Shown here one piece after another: positions 1 through 12,108 of a stretch of 64,000 bases of DNA; positions within the stretch are counted from its first letter, which is position 1; each line of letters begins with the position of its first letter. The notes under the pieces are model-generated. The model did no database searches. It was not told the origin of the DNA and saw nothing but the letters and a program-made list of their open reading frames with translations. A program made the translations under genes and the position numbers. This DNA comes from Octopus sinensis (Eukaryota). Location: positions 10,478,001 to 10,542,000 of the forward strand of contig NC_043023.1 in the NCBI RefSeq assembly GCF_006345805.1, written 5' to 3'.

Positions 1-26
1 GTACTGTGACGAGAGAAAGGAAAATT

Positions 27-1004
27 ATGGAAAATGAATTATATCGGAGTGAAGTTGAATGTAAAAGAGAGTCTGAAGAAATTGATTTTTCTGATGAGGA
101 ACACAACGAAAAGGGCAAAACATCATTTGATTGTGATATCTGTGGCAAGTCGTTCTCTCAGAAAGCTAAGTTAGTCATTCACGAACGTACTCATACAGGT
201 GAAAAACCATATCACTGTGAAATCTGTGGTAAATCTTTCTCTGAAAATGGTCATTTAACTACCCACAAACGCATTCATACAGGTGAGAAGCCATATCGCT
301 GTGATATCTGTGATAAATCATTCTCTCAAAGTTCTAACTTAACCAATCACAAGCGTGTTCATACGGGAGAAAAACCATATCACTGTGAAATCTGTGGTAA
401 ATCTTTCTCTCGAAACGAAAGCTTAACGAGGCACAAGAGTGGTGTTCACACAGGAGAGGCACCATATCACTGTGAAATCTGTGACAAATCTTTTTCTCAA
501 AACGATCACTTCACTATGCACAGGCGTGTTCATACAGGAGAAAAACCATATCACTGTGAAATCTGTGGTAAATCTTTCTCTCGAAACAAAAGCTTAACTA
601 GGCACAGGCGTGTTCATACAGGAGAAAAACCATATCACTGTGAAATCTGTGGTAAATTTTTCTCTGAAAACGGTACCTTGACCAAGCACAAGCGTGTTCA
701 TACAGGAGAAGAACCATATCACTGTGAAATCTGTGGTAAATCTTTCTCTCGAAACGATCACTTAACCATGCACAGGCGTGTTCATACAGGAGAAAAACCA
801 TATCACTGTGAAATCTGTGGTAAATCTTTCTCTCGAAACGATACCTTAACCAAGCACAAGTGTGTTCATACAGGAGAAAAACCATATCACTGTGAAATCT
901 GTGGTAAATCTTTCTCTCGAAACGATACCTTAACCAAGCACAAGTGTGTTCATACAGGGGAGAAGCCATATCATTGTGATATCTCTGGTAAATCATTTTC
1001 TTAA
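27..1004 (+). CDS. C2H2 zinc-finger protein, locus A (10 fingers; upstream exons outside window)
   Basis: ORF from ATG 27 (attATGG context) with acidic leader [25 protein letters not shown], then 10 C-x2-C-x12-H-x3/4-H fingers with TGEKPY linkers; ends CDISGKSFS*. Confidence 0.9.
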   Translation: MENELYRSEVECKRESEEIDFSDEEHNEKGKTSFDCDICGKSFSQKAKLVIHERTHTGEKPYHCEICGKSFSENGHLTTHKRIHTGEKPYRCDICDKSFSQSSNLTNHKRVHTGEKPYHCEICGKSFSRNESLTRHKSGVHTGEAPYHCEICDKSFSQNDHFTMHRRVHTGEKPYHCEICGKSFSRNKSLTRHRRVHTGEKPYHCEICGKFFSENGTLTKHKRVHTGEEPYHCEICGKSFSRNDHLTMHRRVHTGEKPYHCEICGKSFSRNDTLTKHKCVHTGEKPYHCEICGKSFSRNDTLTKHKCVHTGEKPYHCDISGKSFS

Positions 1005-1315
<311 letters not shown>

Positions 1316-1890
1316 GGAATAGATTCATTTCCCAAGTTACAGACATTGTTTATGAGTTTTATTTTTCAAGCACAACATCCAAATTTTGAAAGTTTCTACT
1401 ACCATAACAAATGCATCTGTGTCTTACCAAGAAGTTTATAAAAAGCAAAGGAATGCTTCTCAGTAAACAACTCTAGACTTGTTTCTTGTGAATCAGTGGT
1501 CACGTCTACAAATGATGGTGTCCCTATGATCTTGACATTGTTTTTGACTTTACATAAAATATTCTTTACATTTTACTGTTGTTTTATTGTCATTTATTTA
1601 CAAGTATTATAAATTTTATTGGTAAAATATTTTTCTAGAAATGAATTACAATTTATAACATTGCTTCTATGGAAAATTATTGCTTTGCTTTATGAGTTTT
1701 CCCTTTAGGAGCAATCTCCAGTAAGAAATTAACTCATATATCAAGGCATTATTGTATCTGACATTATTTTAGCACAAGGCCAGCAATTTCAGGGGAAGGA
1801 GTAAGTTGAATAACCACATGGATCAGCATGTGTGCTTTTTACATGAACTAGCACAAATGCTTCTTACAGGGAGTGGCATTGCACGATATA

Positions 1891-2290
1891 TCTATATATA
1901 TAAAGCTGAAGTTGTCTGTGTGTGTGGCTGGTTTGGTAGCCCTCAACTAACACTATCTCCTCCGAGGCTCTGCGGTGCAAGTTGACCAAAATTGAGAGGA
2001 TGATTGTTGAAGGATTGCTCTTCCTTCCACAGAAGAAAAAAATTCAAATCGCACCATGTCAACAACAAAAATTATTTAGATCAGAAAGGTGCTTTTTTTT
2101 CTATGAAAATCCCAAATTTTTACGATTCTTTGACTGCTGTGACGCCATTTTTCAGTGTATTTCAACCAGAAAACTGTTCACTTTAAGAGAATAACAAGCT
2201 ACATAATGCAAGATTTTTACTTTTCAAAAATTCCAATTCTAAAGGGTCAAAAAGAAAACAAATGCGAGCAACACTGGGCGATTCTTGTAG
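1891..2290 (+). mobile_element. Non-autonomous Helitron (family 1), degenerate 3' end
   Basis: A|TCTATATATATAAAGCTGAAGTTGTC(TG)n 5' end; 3' end homologous to the CCCG-AGCAACGC-CGGG hairpin + CTAG of the other copies, here decayed to ...ctgggcgattcttGTAG. Confidence 0.7.
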
Positions 2291-2417
2291 GATATATATA
2301 TTTATATATATTTATATGAAGTTATTATGTTACTTCTCATATATATTTGAAGGCGCATGGCTCTCTAATTCCTAATTATCTTGTATGTTTTACACTGTTG
2401 TTTCTCTTTCGTTTCAG

Positions 2418-2515
2418 ATTATCAGATGACATCTGCTTCACAGAATTTTTACATAAGCAAAGTCATTAGAATGGAAAGTATTTTGAAGACTGAGCAAAGA
2501 TGTTATACAAAACAC
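2418..2515 (+). other. Small internal exon / uORF segment of locus B (30-codon ATG frame)
   Basis: Strong acceptor tttctctttcgtttcag|ATTATCAG, ATG 2426, MTSASQNFYISKVIRMESILKTEQRCYTKH, then possible weak donor CAC|GTATA. Homologues start at 8812, 13385, 25187, 30586, 42045, 49587 and 62342. Confidence 0.55.
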
Positions 2516-3155
2516 GTATAACCCTGTTTCTATAAATATTTACTGAATTACTGCAAAATATATCTTCTGAACTCTGACATATATGTAGCAAAATTTCTCT
2601 TCTTTATTGTCTGGAATACACAGAAAATTATATTTGCATATTAATTAATCATTTAGCATTTAAACTAGCACAAATATTCTGACCCTGCCGTGTCAGTTTA
2701 AACATAAACAATCAAATCACTGAAGTCTCAAAGCTATGAGATAATCCATGATTAATTCAAAACAATATGAATAAATAAGCATTACATTTCACAAAGGAAT
2801 CTCAATGCTAAACGGTTAAACTGGCCATATTTTTGTGTGTTTTATATTCATACTAGCCAGATCCCACCCCTCACACCCACCCTACAAGGTCATTCTAAAA
2901 GTAAACAATCACAACATTGAAATCTGAACATGATAACATAATGAATGATTAATTCAGAAGAATTTCAATAAACATTATATTTGACTGATTAATCTGAATG
3001 TTAATGAGTTAAAGCAATTAAGAAGGCAGTTTGCAGCATCTTCAGATATTAACAAAGATCACTTTTGATGAGATATATCAGTAGAAATATTTGTTCAGAG
3101 CAATATACGAGAAGAAGGAAAACCTTTGTGAACTGTGACAAGAGAAAGGAACATT

Positions 3156-4188
<1,033 letters not shown>

Positions 4189-4805
4189 GGAATAGATTCA
4201 TTTCCCAAGTTACAGACATTGTTTATGAGTTTTATTTTTCAAGCACAACATCCAAATTTTGAAAGTTTCTACTACCATAACAAATGCATCTGTGTCTTAC
4301 CAAGAAGTTTATAAAAAGCAAAGGAATGCTTCTCAGTAAACAACTCTAGACTTGTTTCTTGTGAATCAGTGGTCACGTCTACAAATGATGGTGTCCCTGA
4401 GTCTTTTCAAAGTGATTCAGAAAACAATTATAATGATCATATTTTATCTATTCTAAATGATCTTGACATTGTTTTTGACTTTACATAAAATATTCTTTAC
4501 ATTCTACTGTTGTTTTATTGTCATTTATTTACAACTATTATTAATTTTATTGGTAAAACATTTTTGTAGGAATGAATTACAATTTATAACATTGCTTCTA
4601 TGGGAAATTATTGCTTTGCTTTATGAGTTTTCACTTTAGGAGCAATCTCTAGAAGAAATTAACTCACATATCAAGGCATTATTTTGGCGGAAGGCCAGCA
4701 ATTTCAGGGGAAGGAGTAAGTTGAATAACCACATGGATCAGCATGTGTGCTTTTTACATGAACTAGCACAAATGCTTCTTACAGGGAGTGGCATTGCATG
4801 ATATA

Positions 4806-5205
4806 TCTATATAAAATAAAGCTGAAGTTGTCTGTGTGTGTGTGTGTGGCAGGTTTTGTAGCCTTCAACTAACACCATCTCCTAAGAGACCCTGCTGTGC
4901 AAGTTGATCAAGTTTGAGAGTATGATAGATAAAGGCTTGCTCTTCCTTACGTAGAAGAAAAAATTCAAATCGGCCCATGTTAACCCCAAAAATTATTTAC
5001 ATCGAAAAGGTGCTTTTTTACTATGAAAATCCCTATTTTTTTACGAATTTTTGACTTCTGTGCTGCCACTTTTCTGTGTATTTCAACCAGAAGAATCTTC
5101 ACTTAAAGAGAATAACAAGCTACATAATGCAAAATTATTACTTTTCAAACATTCCAATTCTAAAGGGTCGAAACAAACTCAAGCAACGCCGGGCGATATT
5201 GCTAG
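4806..5205 (+). mobile_element. Non-autonomous Helitron (family 1)
   Basis: A|TC start, (TG)n subterminal microsatellite, ends ctcaagcaacgccgggcgatattgCTAG|T. Confidence 0.8.
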
Positions 5206-5208
5206 TAA

Positions 5209-5691
5209 TCTCTCTATATATAAAATTGAGATCTTTCCGGTTTGAACGGCAGTTTTTAAAAATAATTTCCACCTAACTAAACACTTTCAAACTTCGTATA
5301 CTGGTAGAATATGTTTATAAAATGTCTTTTTCTCTTGGCTTTATTGAGAAAATTCTATGGTTTGTAAAATATTTGTTGTTTTTTTTCTTCAATTTCTGCA
5401 ATTTCAACCAATCAATGACGTCTATTGAGGTAAAAAAAAAAAATATTCTGTGCCGTATGAATATGTCCCTCGTTTAAGAAACAGATTGGGTTTATTTACA
5501 TTTCTGAAGAAAAAAAGATACCCTAACCCTAAAACAGATTGAAATGCAATAGATCGATACAAGGGTCATAATTATGGGTGACTTTTTCATATAACACCGC
5601 CAGAAAAACTGCCGTTCAAACCGAAAAGATCCCACAATTCTAATTCTAAATGATCGAAACAAACCCGAGCAACGCCGGGCGATACTGCTAG
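5209..5691 (+). mobile_element. Non-autonomous Helitron (family 2) with subterminal inverted repeats
   Basis: A|TCTCTCTATATATAAAA start; 27-bp inverted repeat 5231-5257 / 5604-5630 (1 mismatch); ends CCCGagcaacgcCGGGcgatactgCTAG|T. Confidence 0.8.
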
Positions 5692-5825
5692 TAAGCATAT
5701 AAAGCTATAAAAAAATCGAAAGGGTTTTTATTTTTACTGGACTTCGGTTTATGTACTTGCTTATCTCCCTTTACTCGTCTAATTAGCCTATTGTTTTCCC
5801 ACTGTTGTAATAAGCAACACGTACT

Positions 5826-6050
5826 TCTGTCCGATCTAATTACTTCTTCTCATTAATGTTGTAATTATTGTGGTAACAACGTTCCTTCGTATATCACATA
5901 CTTTTGTCCGATCTAATTACTTCTCATTAATGTTGTAATTATTGTGGTAACAACGTTCCTTCGTATATCACATACTTTTGTCCGATCTAATTACTTCTGT
6001 TAATTAATGTTATAATTATTGTGGTAACAACGTTCCTTCGTATATCACAT
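5826..6050. repeat. Short tandem repeat, ~75-bp unit x3
   Basis: Three copies of gtccgatctaattacttct...ttgtggtaacaacgttccttcgtatatcacatac. Confidence 0.85.
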
Positions 6051-6540
6051 ACATCTGATGGCTGATACCCCTTACGTTGTCGAGCGGTTACTGTTTATAT
6101 CTCGTTCAGAGATTTATTATTGTTTTCAGACAGTTTTTCTACATCAGTGACAGTGGTTACTGTGAAAAACATTATATATTACTTGCGAGGGGACTCCTTC
6201 ATCGAAGACCAGTGTTTACCATGCGTTGACGAGAGGCAATTACCTTGAAACTATAGTCCGTATGTAGTACTCGGGTCTTCGAGGGAGGATGACCTCCCTT
6301 TGCAAGTAACACAAGGACACTGATATAGTGTCTAAAGTCCTTTTGGTGACGTTGATCGCCTGGGGCTAAAAGCATCAGTAACACCCCACCCCATCCCAGT
6401 GGCTAGCCACATTCAGATGGCTGATACCCCTTACTTTCAATATAGTAACCCTCACAACAAATCACAGCACATAGCCAAGGCACACAGAGCTGCGCTCGGT
6501 AGTGAAGTGAAAGCACGCTATAAAAACAAAACTACTGAAT

Positions 6541-6572
<32 letters not shown>

Positions 6573-6739
6573 GGCGCAGGAGTGACTGTGTGGTAAGTAG
6601 CTTGTTTACCAGCTGCATCGTTCTGGGTTCAGTCCCAATGCGTGGCACCTTGGGCAAGTGTCTTATACTATAGCCTTGGGCCGACCAAAGCCTTGTGAGT
6701 GGATTTAGTAGACGGAAACTGAAAGAAGCACGTCGAATA

Positions 6740-6794
<55 letters not shown>

Positions 6795-7000
6795 ATGTTT
6801 GTGTGTCTGTGTTTGTCCCCCTAGCATTGCTTGACAGCTGATGCTGGTGTGTTTATGTCCCCGTAACCTAACGGTTCGGCAAAAGTCACCGATAGAATAA
6901 GTACCAGGCTTACAAAGAATAAGTCCTGGTGTCGAGTTGCTCGATTAAAGGCGGTGCTCCAGCATGGCCGCAGTCAAATGACTGAAATAACTAAAAAAAG
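6573..7000 (+). mobile_element. tRNA-derived SINE with internal (TA)n/(TG)n
   Basis: Head ggcgcaggagtgactgtgtggtaagtagc...gggttcagtccc (A/B-box-like), CORE-like ccttgggcaagtg, tail aaatgactgaaataa; same family recurs at 16750-17122 (-) and 24291-24674 (+). Confidence 0.75.
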
Positions 7001-7046
7001 AAAAAGAGGAAAAACGCAAAGTAAATAAATTTTTAAACTAAGTAAT

Positions 7047-7219
7047 CTTTTACTTGTTTCGGTCATTTGACTGCGGCCATGCTGGAGCACGGCCTTTAAT
7101 CGAGCAACTCGACCCCGGGACTTATTCTTTGTAAGCCCAGTACTTATTCTATCGGTCGCTATTTCCGAACCGCTAAGTGATGGGGACATAAACACACCAG
7201 CATCGGTTGTCAAGCAATG
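7047..7219 (-). mobile_element. Inverted 3'-half copy of the same SINE (tail-to-tail pair)
   Basis: Reverse complement of 6825-6995 with scattered mismatches. Confidence 0.8.
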
Positions 7220-9403
7220 TAATTTAATTGTTCATTTTGAATTGATAAAATGTGTTTTTTTTCTAATTTTTTAGATATATATATATTATATTGTGAAATT
7301 TGATTTAGTATTTCTAAATTGAATTTTTTTCCTTGTGAGTTTGGATTTATATTCCCTCAAATAATTATTATATGTATGTATATATATATATCATGGTGAT
7401 CTATGTAAAGGGCATCTATACTGCTTTGCACAAAAAACACCCATACATGTACCCTGTGAGAAGATCTCAACACATTCTCTAAATTTGGATGATTGTAATC
7501 GTCGTAAGCAACGGTGTATCAGTTTTTTATGTGTGTATGTGCGTATATAAAGATATAATTAAAACAAAACGTATACACCCACATATATACATATATATAT
7601 ATGTACATAAATATATATACTAATTATATACGTTTTTATTATTACTTTTTGACTTTTTATTGTTATTTTAATTTTAATATTTCTATTATATGTAATTTTC
7701 TAGATGGTGTAATTTAATTGTTCATTTTGAATTAATAAAAGGTGGTGTTTTTTTTCTGTATATTTATTATATTGTGTGAAATTTGATTTAGTAATTCTAA
7801 ATTGAATTTTTTTCCTTATAAGTTTGGATTTTATTCCCTCAAATAATAATTATATATATATATATATACATACTCAAAATAAGCAACAAGAATGACTCCG
7901 GTAATTTGGTATGATCGTTTCGTACTACATCATTTTATTAAATGTTGTAAGTATTACAACAGTTTTAAAATGCTGAGCACTCATCAGCCAATTATAGAGG
8001 TTTTCCATTAATACAAAACTTTTCAAATCAAGTGGCAACATGATAGAGAAGGTAGATATATAGACAAAGATGTGGATTTAAATGTTAAGAACTTATGAGG
8101 TAGTGGAGTCCACTGACTGACTAAAATCTGGTTGTTCTGACTGCTGTAAGGTTAGAAGCAATAAAGATTTTTTAATTGTAGAAATTGGGTACTCCATAAA
8201 AGGAATTCATGTTGAAGGGAGCAAAAGAAAGCCTAATGGTGCGAATCTTGTAAAACTCCTTTAGGGACCAGTTTAATCAGAATCTACCGGATCTGAAGCA
8301 TATTTGTAGAAAAGAAATATTCAATTTTCTCAATGTTCTGAAGAAGCAAATCTTCACCTAGATATTATCAGTAGAGTTTAACATATGAGAGAAAGAGAAA
8401 CAAAATAGAATTTACAAGACTGTCATTCACTATAATCATTTCAGCCCACCATCCATCAGTGCTTCTCAGGTGAGATGCTGTTCAGGTGTGTCTTGTCAGG
8501 TGACTTGTCAAAAGGTACCTCATACTTTAATTTCTGATGTTCTTATTTCAATTCAAATACATTTTTGTATTTGGTATATGTCAAGCTTCTTGCAGTTTCC
8601 ATCTACCAAATCCTTTCCCAAGGTTTTGATTGGCCACTCTGGGACTGAACCTAGAACCATCTGATTGGGAAGCCAACTTCTTACCACACAACCGTCCCTG
8701 CACCTCTGTGGTCATGTCTATATAAAAATATAGAAAAACTTTCACTGTTTTAATCTCTCTAATTCCTAATTATCTTGTATGTTTTACACTGTTGTTTCTC
8801 TTTCGTTTCAGATTATCAGATGACATCTGCTTCACAGGATTTTTACATAAGCAACGTCATTAGAATGGAAAGTCTTTTGAAGACTGAGCAAAGATGTTAT
8901 ACAAAACACGTAAAACCCTGTTTCTATAAATATTTACTGAATTACTGCAAAATATATCTTCTGAACTGACATATGTTATGAAATTTCTCTTCTTTATTGT
9001 CTGGAGTACACAGAAAATTATATTTGTATTTGAATTAATCCTTTAGCATTTGTACTGGCCGTATCAGTCCCAAAAGTTCAAGCTATTTTATGTTAAAACT
9101 GCCCACATCTGGCCTCTTATACTCACCTGGCAATGTCATTCTAAACATAAAGAATCACATCGTTGAAATCTAAAAGCAATAAGATAATGAATGATTAATT
9201 CAGAAGAATTTGAATAAATAATCATTACATTCGACAGAGTAATCTGCGTGTTAATGAGAAGTAATTAAGAAGGCAGTTTGCAGCATCTTCAGATATTAAC
9301 AAAGATCACTATTGATGGAGATATATCAGTAGAAATATTTGTTTAGAGCAATATACGAGAAGAAGGAAAACCTTTGTGTACTGTGACGAGAGAAAGGAAA
9401 ATT

Positions 9404-10102
9404 ATGGAAAATGAATTATATCGGAGTGAAGTTGAATGTAAAAGAGAGTCTGAAGAAATTGATTTTTCTGATGAGGAAAAGAATGAAAAGGGCAAAACAG
9501 CATTTGATTGTGATATCTGTGGCAAGTCGTTCTCTCGGAAAGCTAAGTTAGTCATTCACGAACGTACTCATACCGGAGAAAAACCATATCACTGTGAAAT
9601 CTGTGGTAAATCTTTCTCTCGAAACGAAAACTTAACTAGGCACAAGAGTGGTGTTCACACTGGAGAAGCACCATATCACTGTGATATCTGTGACAAATCT
9701 TTTTCTCAAAACGATCACTTAACTATGCACAGGCGTGTTCATACAGGAAAAAAACCAAATCAATGTGAAATCTGTGGTAAATCTTTCTCTCGAAACGATA
9801 CCTTATCCAAGCACAAGCATGTTCATACAGGAGAAAAACCATATCACTGTGAAATCTGTGGTAAATCTTTTTCTCAAAACGATACCTTAACTATGCACAG
9901 GTGTGTTCATACAGGAGAAAAACCATATCACTGTGAAGTCTGTGGTAAGTCTTTCTCTCGAAACGATACCTTAACCAAGCACAAGCATGTTCATACAGGA
10001 GAAAAGCCATATCACTGTGAAATCTGTTGTAAGTCTTTCTCTCGAAACGATCACTTAACCATGCACAGGCATGTTCATACAGACAGAGAACACATTTCAT
10101 GA
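9404..10102 (+). CDS. C2H2 zinc-finger protein, locus C (7 fingers)
   Basis: ATG 9404; fingers RKAK, RNEN, QNDH, RNDT, QNDT, RNDT, RNDH; ends in-frame HTDREHIS*; in-frame TAG upstream at 9344. Confidence 0.88.
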   Translation: MENELYRSEVECKRESEEIDFSDEEKNEKGKTAFDCDICGKSFSRKAKLVIHERTHTGEKPYHCEICGKSFSRNENLTRHKSGVHTGEAPYHCDICDKSFSQNDHLTMHRRVHTGKKPNQCEICGKSFSRNDTLSKHKHVHTGEKPYHCEICGKSFSQNDTLTMHRCVHTGEKPYHCEVCGKSFSRNDTLTKHKHVHTGEKPYHCEICCKSFSRNDHLTMHRHVHTDREHIS

Positions 10103-10735
10103 GGAATAGATTCATTTCCCAAGGTACAGACTTCGTTTATGAGTTTTATTTTTCAAGCACAACATCCAAATTTTGAAAGACTCTACTACCATAACAAATG
10201 CATCTGTGTCTTAGCAAGAAGGTTTTAAAGAGCAAAGGAATGCTTCTCAGTAAACAAATCTAGACTTGTTTCTTGTGAATCAGTGGTCACGTCTACAAAT
10301 GATGGTGTCCCTGAGTCTTTTCAAAGCGATTCAGAAAACAATTATAATAATAATATTTTATCTATTCTAAATGATCTTGACATTGTTTTTGACTTTACAT
10401 AAAATATTCTTTACATTCTACTGTTGTTTTATTGTCATTTATTTACAAGTATTATAAATTTTATTTGTAAAATATTTTTCTAGCAATGAATTACAATTTA
10501 TAACATTGCTTCTGTGGGAAATTATTGCTTTGCTTTATGAGTTTTCACTTTAGGAGCAATCTCCAGGAAGAAATTAACTCATATATCAAGGCATTATTGT
10601 GTTTGACATTAGTTTGGCACAAGGCCAACAATTTCAGGGGAAGGAGTAAGTTGAATAACCACATGGATCAGCATGTGTGCTTTTTACATGAACTAGCACA
10701 AATGCTTCTTACAGGGAGTGGCATTGCATGATATA

Positions 10736-11133
10736 TCTATATATATAAAGCTGAAGTTGTCTGTGTGTGTGGCAGGTTTTGTAGCCTTCAACTAACACTA
10801 TCTCTACCGAGACACTGTGGCGTATGTTGACCAAAATTGAGAGTATGATAAAAGAAAGCTTGCCCTTCCTTCCGTAGAAGAGAAATTCAAATCGCACCAT
10901 GTCAACACCAAAAATTATTTAGATCAGAAAGGTGCTTTTTTTATTATGAGAATCCCTAATTTTTACGATTCTTTGACTGCTGTGTCGCCGTTTTTCGGTG
11001 TATTTCAACCAGAAAACTGTTCACTTAAAGAGAATAACAAGCTACATAATGCAAGATTTTTACTTTTCGAAAATTCCAATTCTAAAGGGTCGAAAAGAAA
11101 ATAAACCCGAGCAACGCTGGGCGATACTTCTAG
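10736..11133 (+). mobile_element. Non-autonomous Helitron (family 1)
   Basis: A|TCTATATATATAAAGCTGAAG ... CCCGagcaacgcTGGGcgatacttCTAG|T. Confidence 0.8.
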
Positions 11134-11684
11134 TATATATATGAAGCTGTGTAACTTCTCATATATATTTGAAGGTGCATGGCTCAATCGTGAGTTCAAT
11201 TTCCATTCATCTTCATTACATTGAACAATGTTAAAGGGTCAAAGTGAAATGCAGCCACATTTTCTCTACAAAACTACTTTAAAACGTTTTCCAATGGCTG
11301 AATGACGAAACGTATTAATCTGGTTTCTGCCCTAAATATTCTGTTTAAGTAAGGATGCATCTTGTACACCAGCAAATACTCAGTGAAGTGCAAGTTAATT
11401 CATAATTAGTCAACGCCGTTGCCAAACACTGAAGTATCTTGTTTAATAATTTGGCTAATTTAGTGAAATTCAAAAGTTACTCCAATACTGATTCGGTGTA
11501 AGGAATAAAAACCTACTTATTTCCCCTTTAATTTCTATTTACTTTCTTAAATCTCCCATACTGAAGGATTATGCTTATTAGAGCCATGCTATCCATGCCA
11601 ACCGTGTACAATTACTAACATTTTCTCACACTAAACTATCCCTCTTACTAAAAATATCCTTCTTCTAGAGGATGGGGTTTAGTC

Positions 11685-12070
11685 AACTGGTACTTATTTT
11701 ATCGACCCCGAAACGATGTAAGGCACAATCGACCGTGGTGGAATTTGAACTGGGAACTGTGGGATGACGTCAGCGGCTAGGAAGCTGACCGGAAGAGGGA
11801 GGGTTGGGGCGATTGCGCCCTTTTCGATCGGGGAAGTTGTGAGTGCAGGACGTGTCAGTGCTTCGACCAGGTGAGGGATAGCAGCTGCTATTTTTAGCGT
11901 TTCGGGACGGGCCACGTGGAAGGGTACATTACCATCGGACAGATATGGGTCAACGAAGAGAAGGTGAGTGTCTTACTTCTAATCTCCCGCATTCACTACG
12001 AACGTAGCGTCGGTCGAAATAGCGGTTAGCATTTCGTCCGGCGTGCTAACGATCCTGCCAGCTCGCCGCC
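11685..12070 (-). mobile_element. tRNA-derived SINE split by the 246-bp promoter block
   Basis: 11685-11757 and 12004-12070 are the reverse complement of adjacent parts of the intact SINE at 38631-38842 (ggcggcgagctggcagaatcgttagcacgccgg...); GAAC lies on both sides of the insert. Confidence 0.75.
11758..11963 (+). promoter_or_regulatory. Putative promoter and non-coding exon 1 of locus D
   Basis: Local CpG-rich island; CRE TGACGTCA 11765-11772; ETS CCGGAAG 11789-11795; donors CAG|GTGAGG (11870/1) and consensus AAG|GTGAGT (11963/4). Confidence 0.65.
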
Positions 12071-12108
12071 CTGCAAAATACGTTAGATGCTTTGGGCAGA
12101 TAGGTTGT

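Noticed and set aside
598-996. Minus-strand ORFs overlapping ZF exons (e.g. 598-996, 9891-10115, 31981-32283, 50820-51110, and the MTNLAF... set)
   Set aside because: Antisense shadows of the repetitive 84-bp finger unit and leader; no independent features.
5518-5535. Telomere-like ccctaaccctaa
   Set aside because: Only two units, internal to a Helitron.
6100-6215. Possible minus-strand hammerhead (cgatgaagga...tctgaaa)
   Set aside because: Core and stems I/III too degenerate to support.
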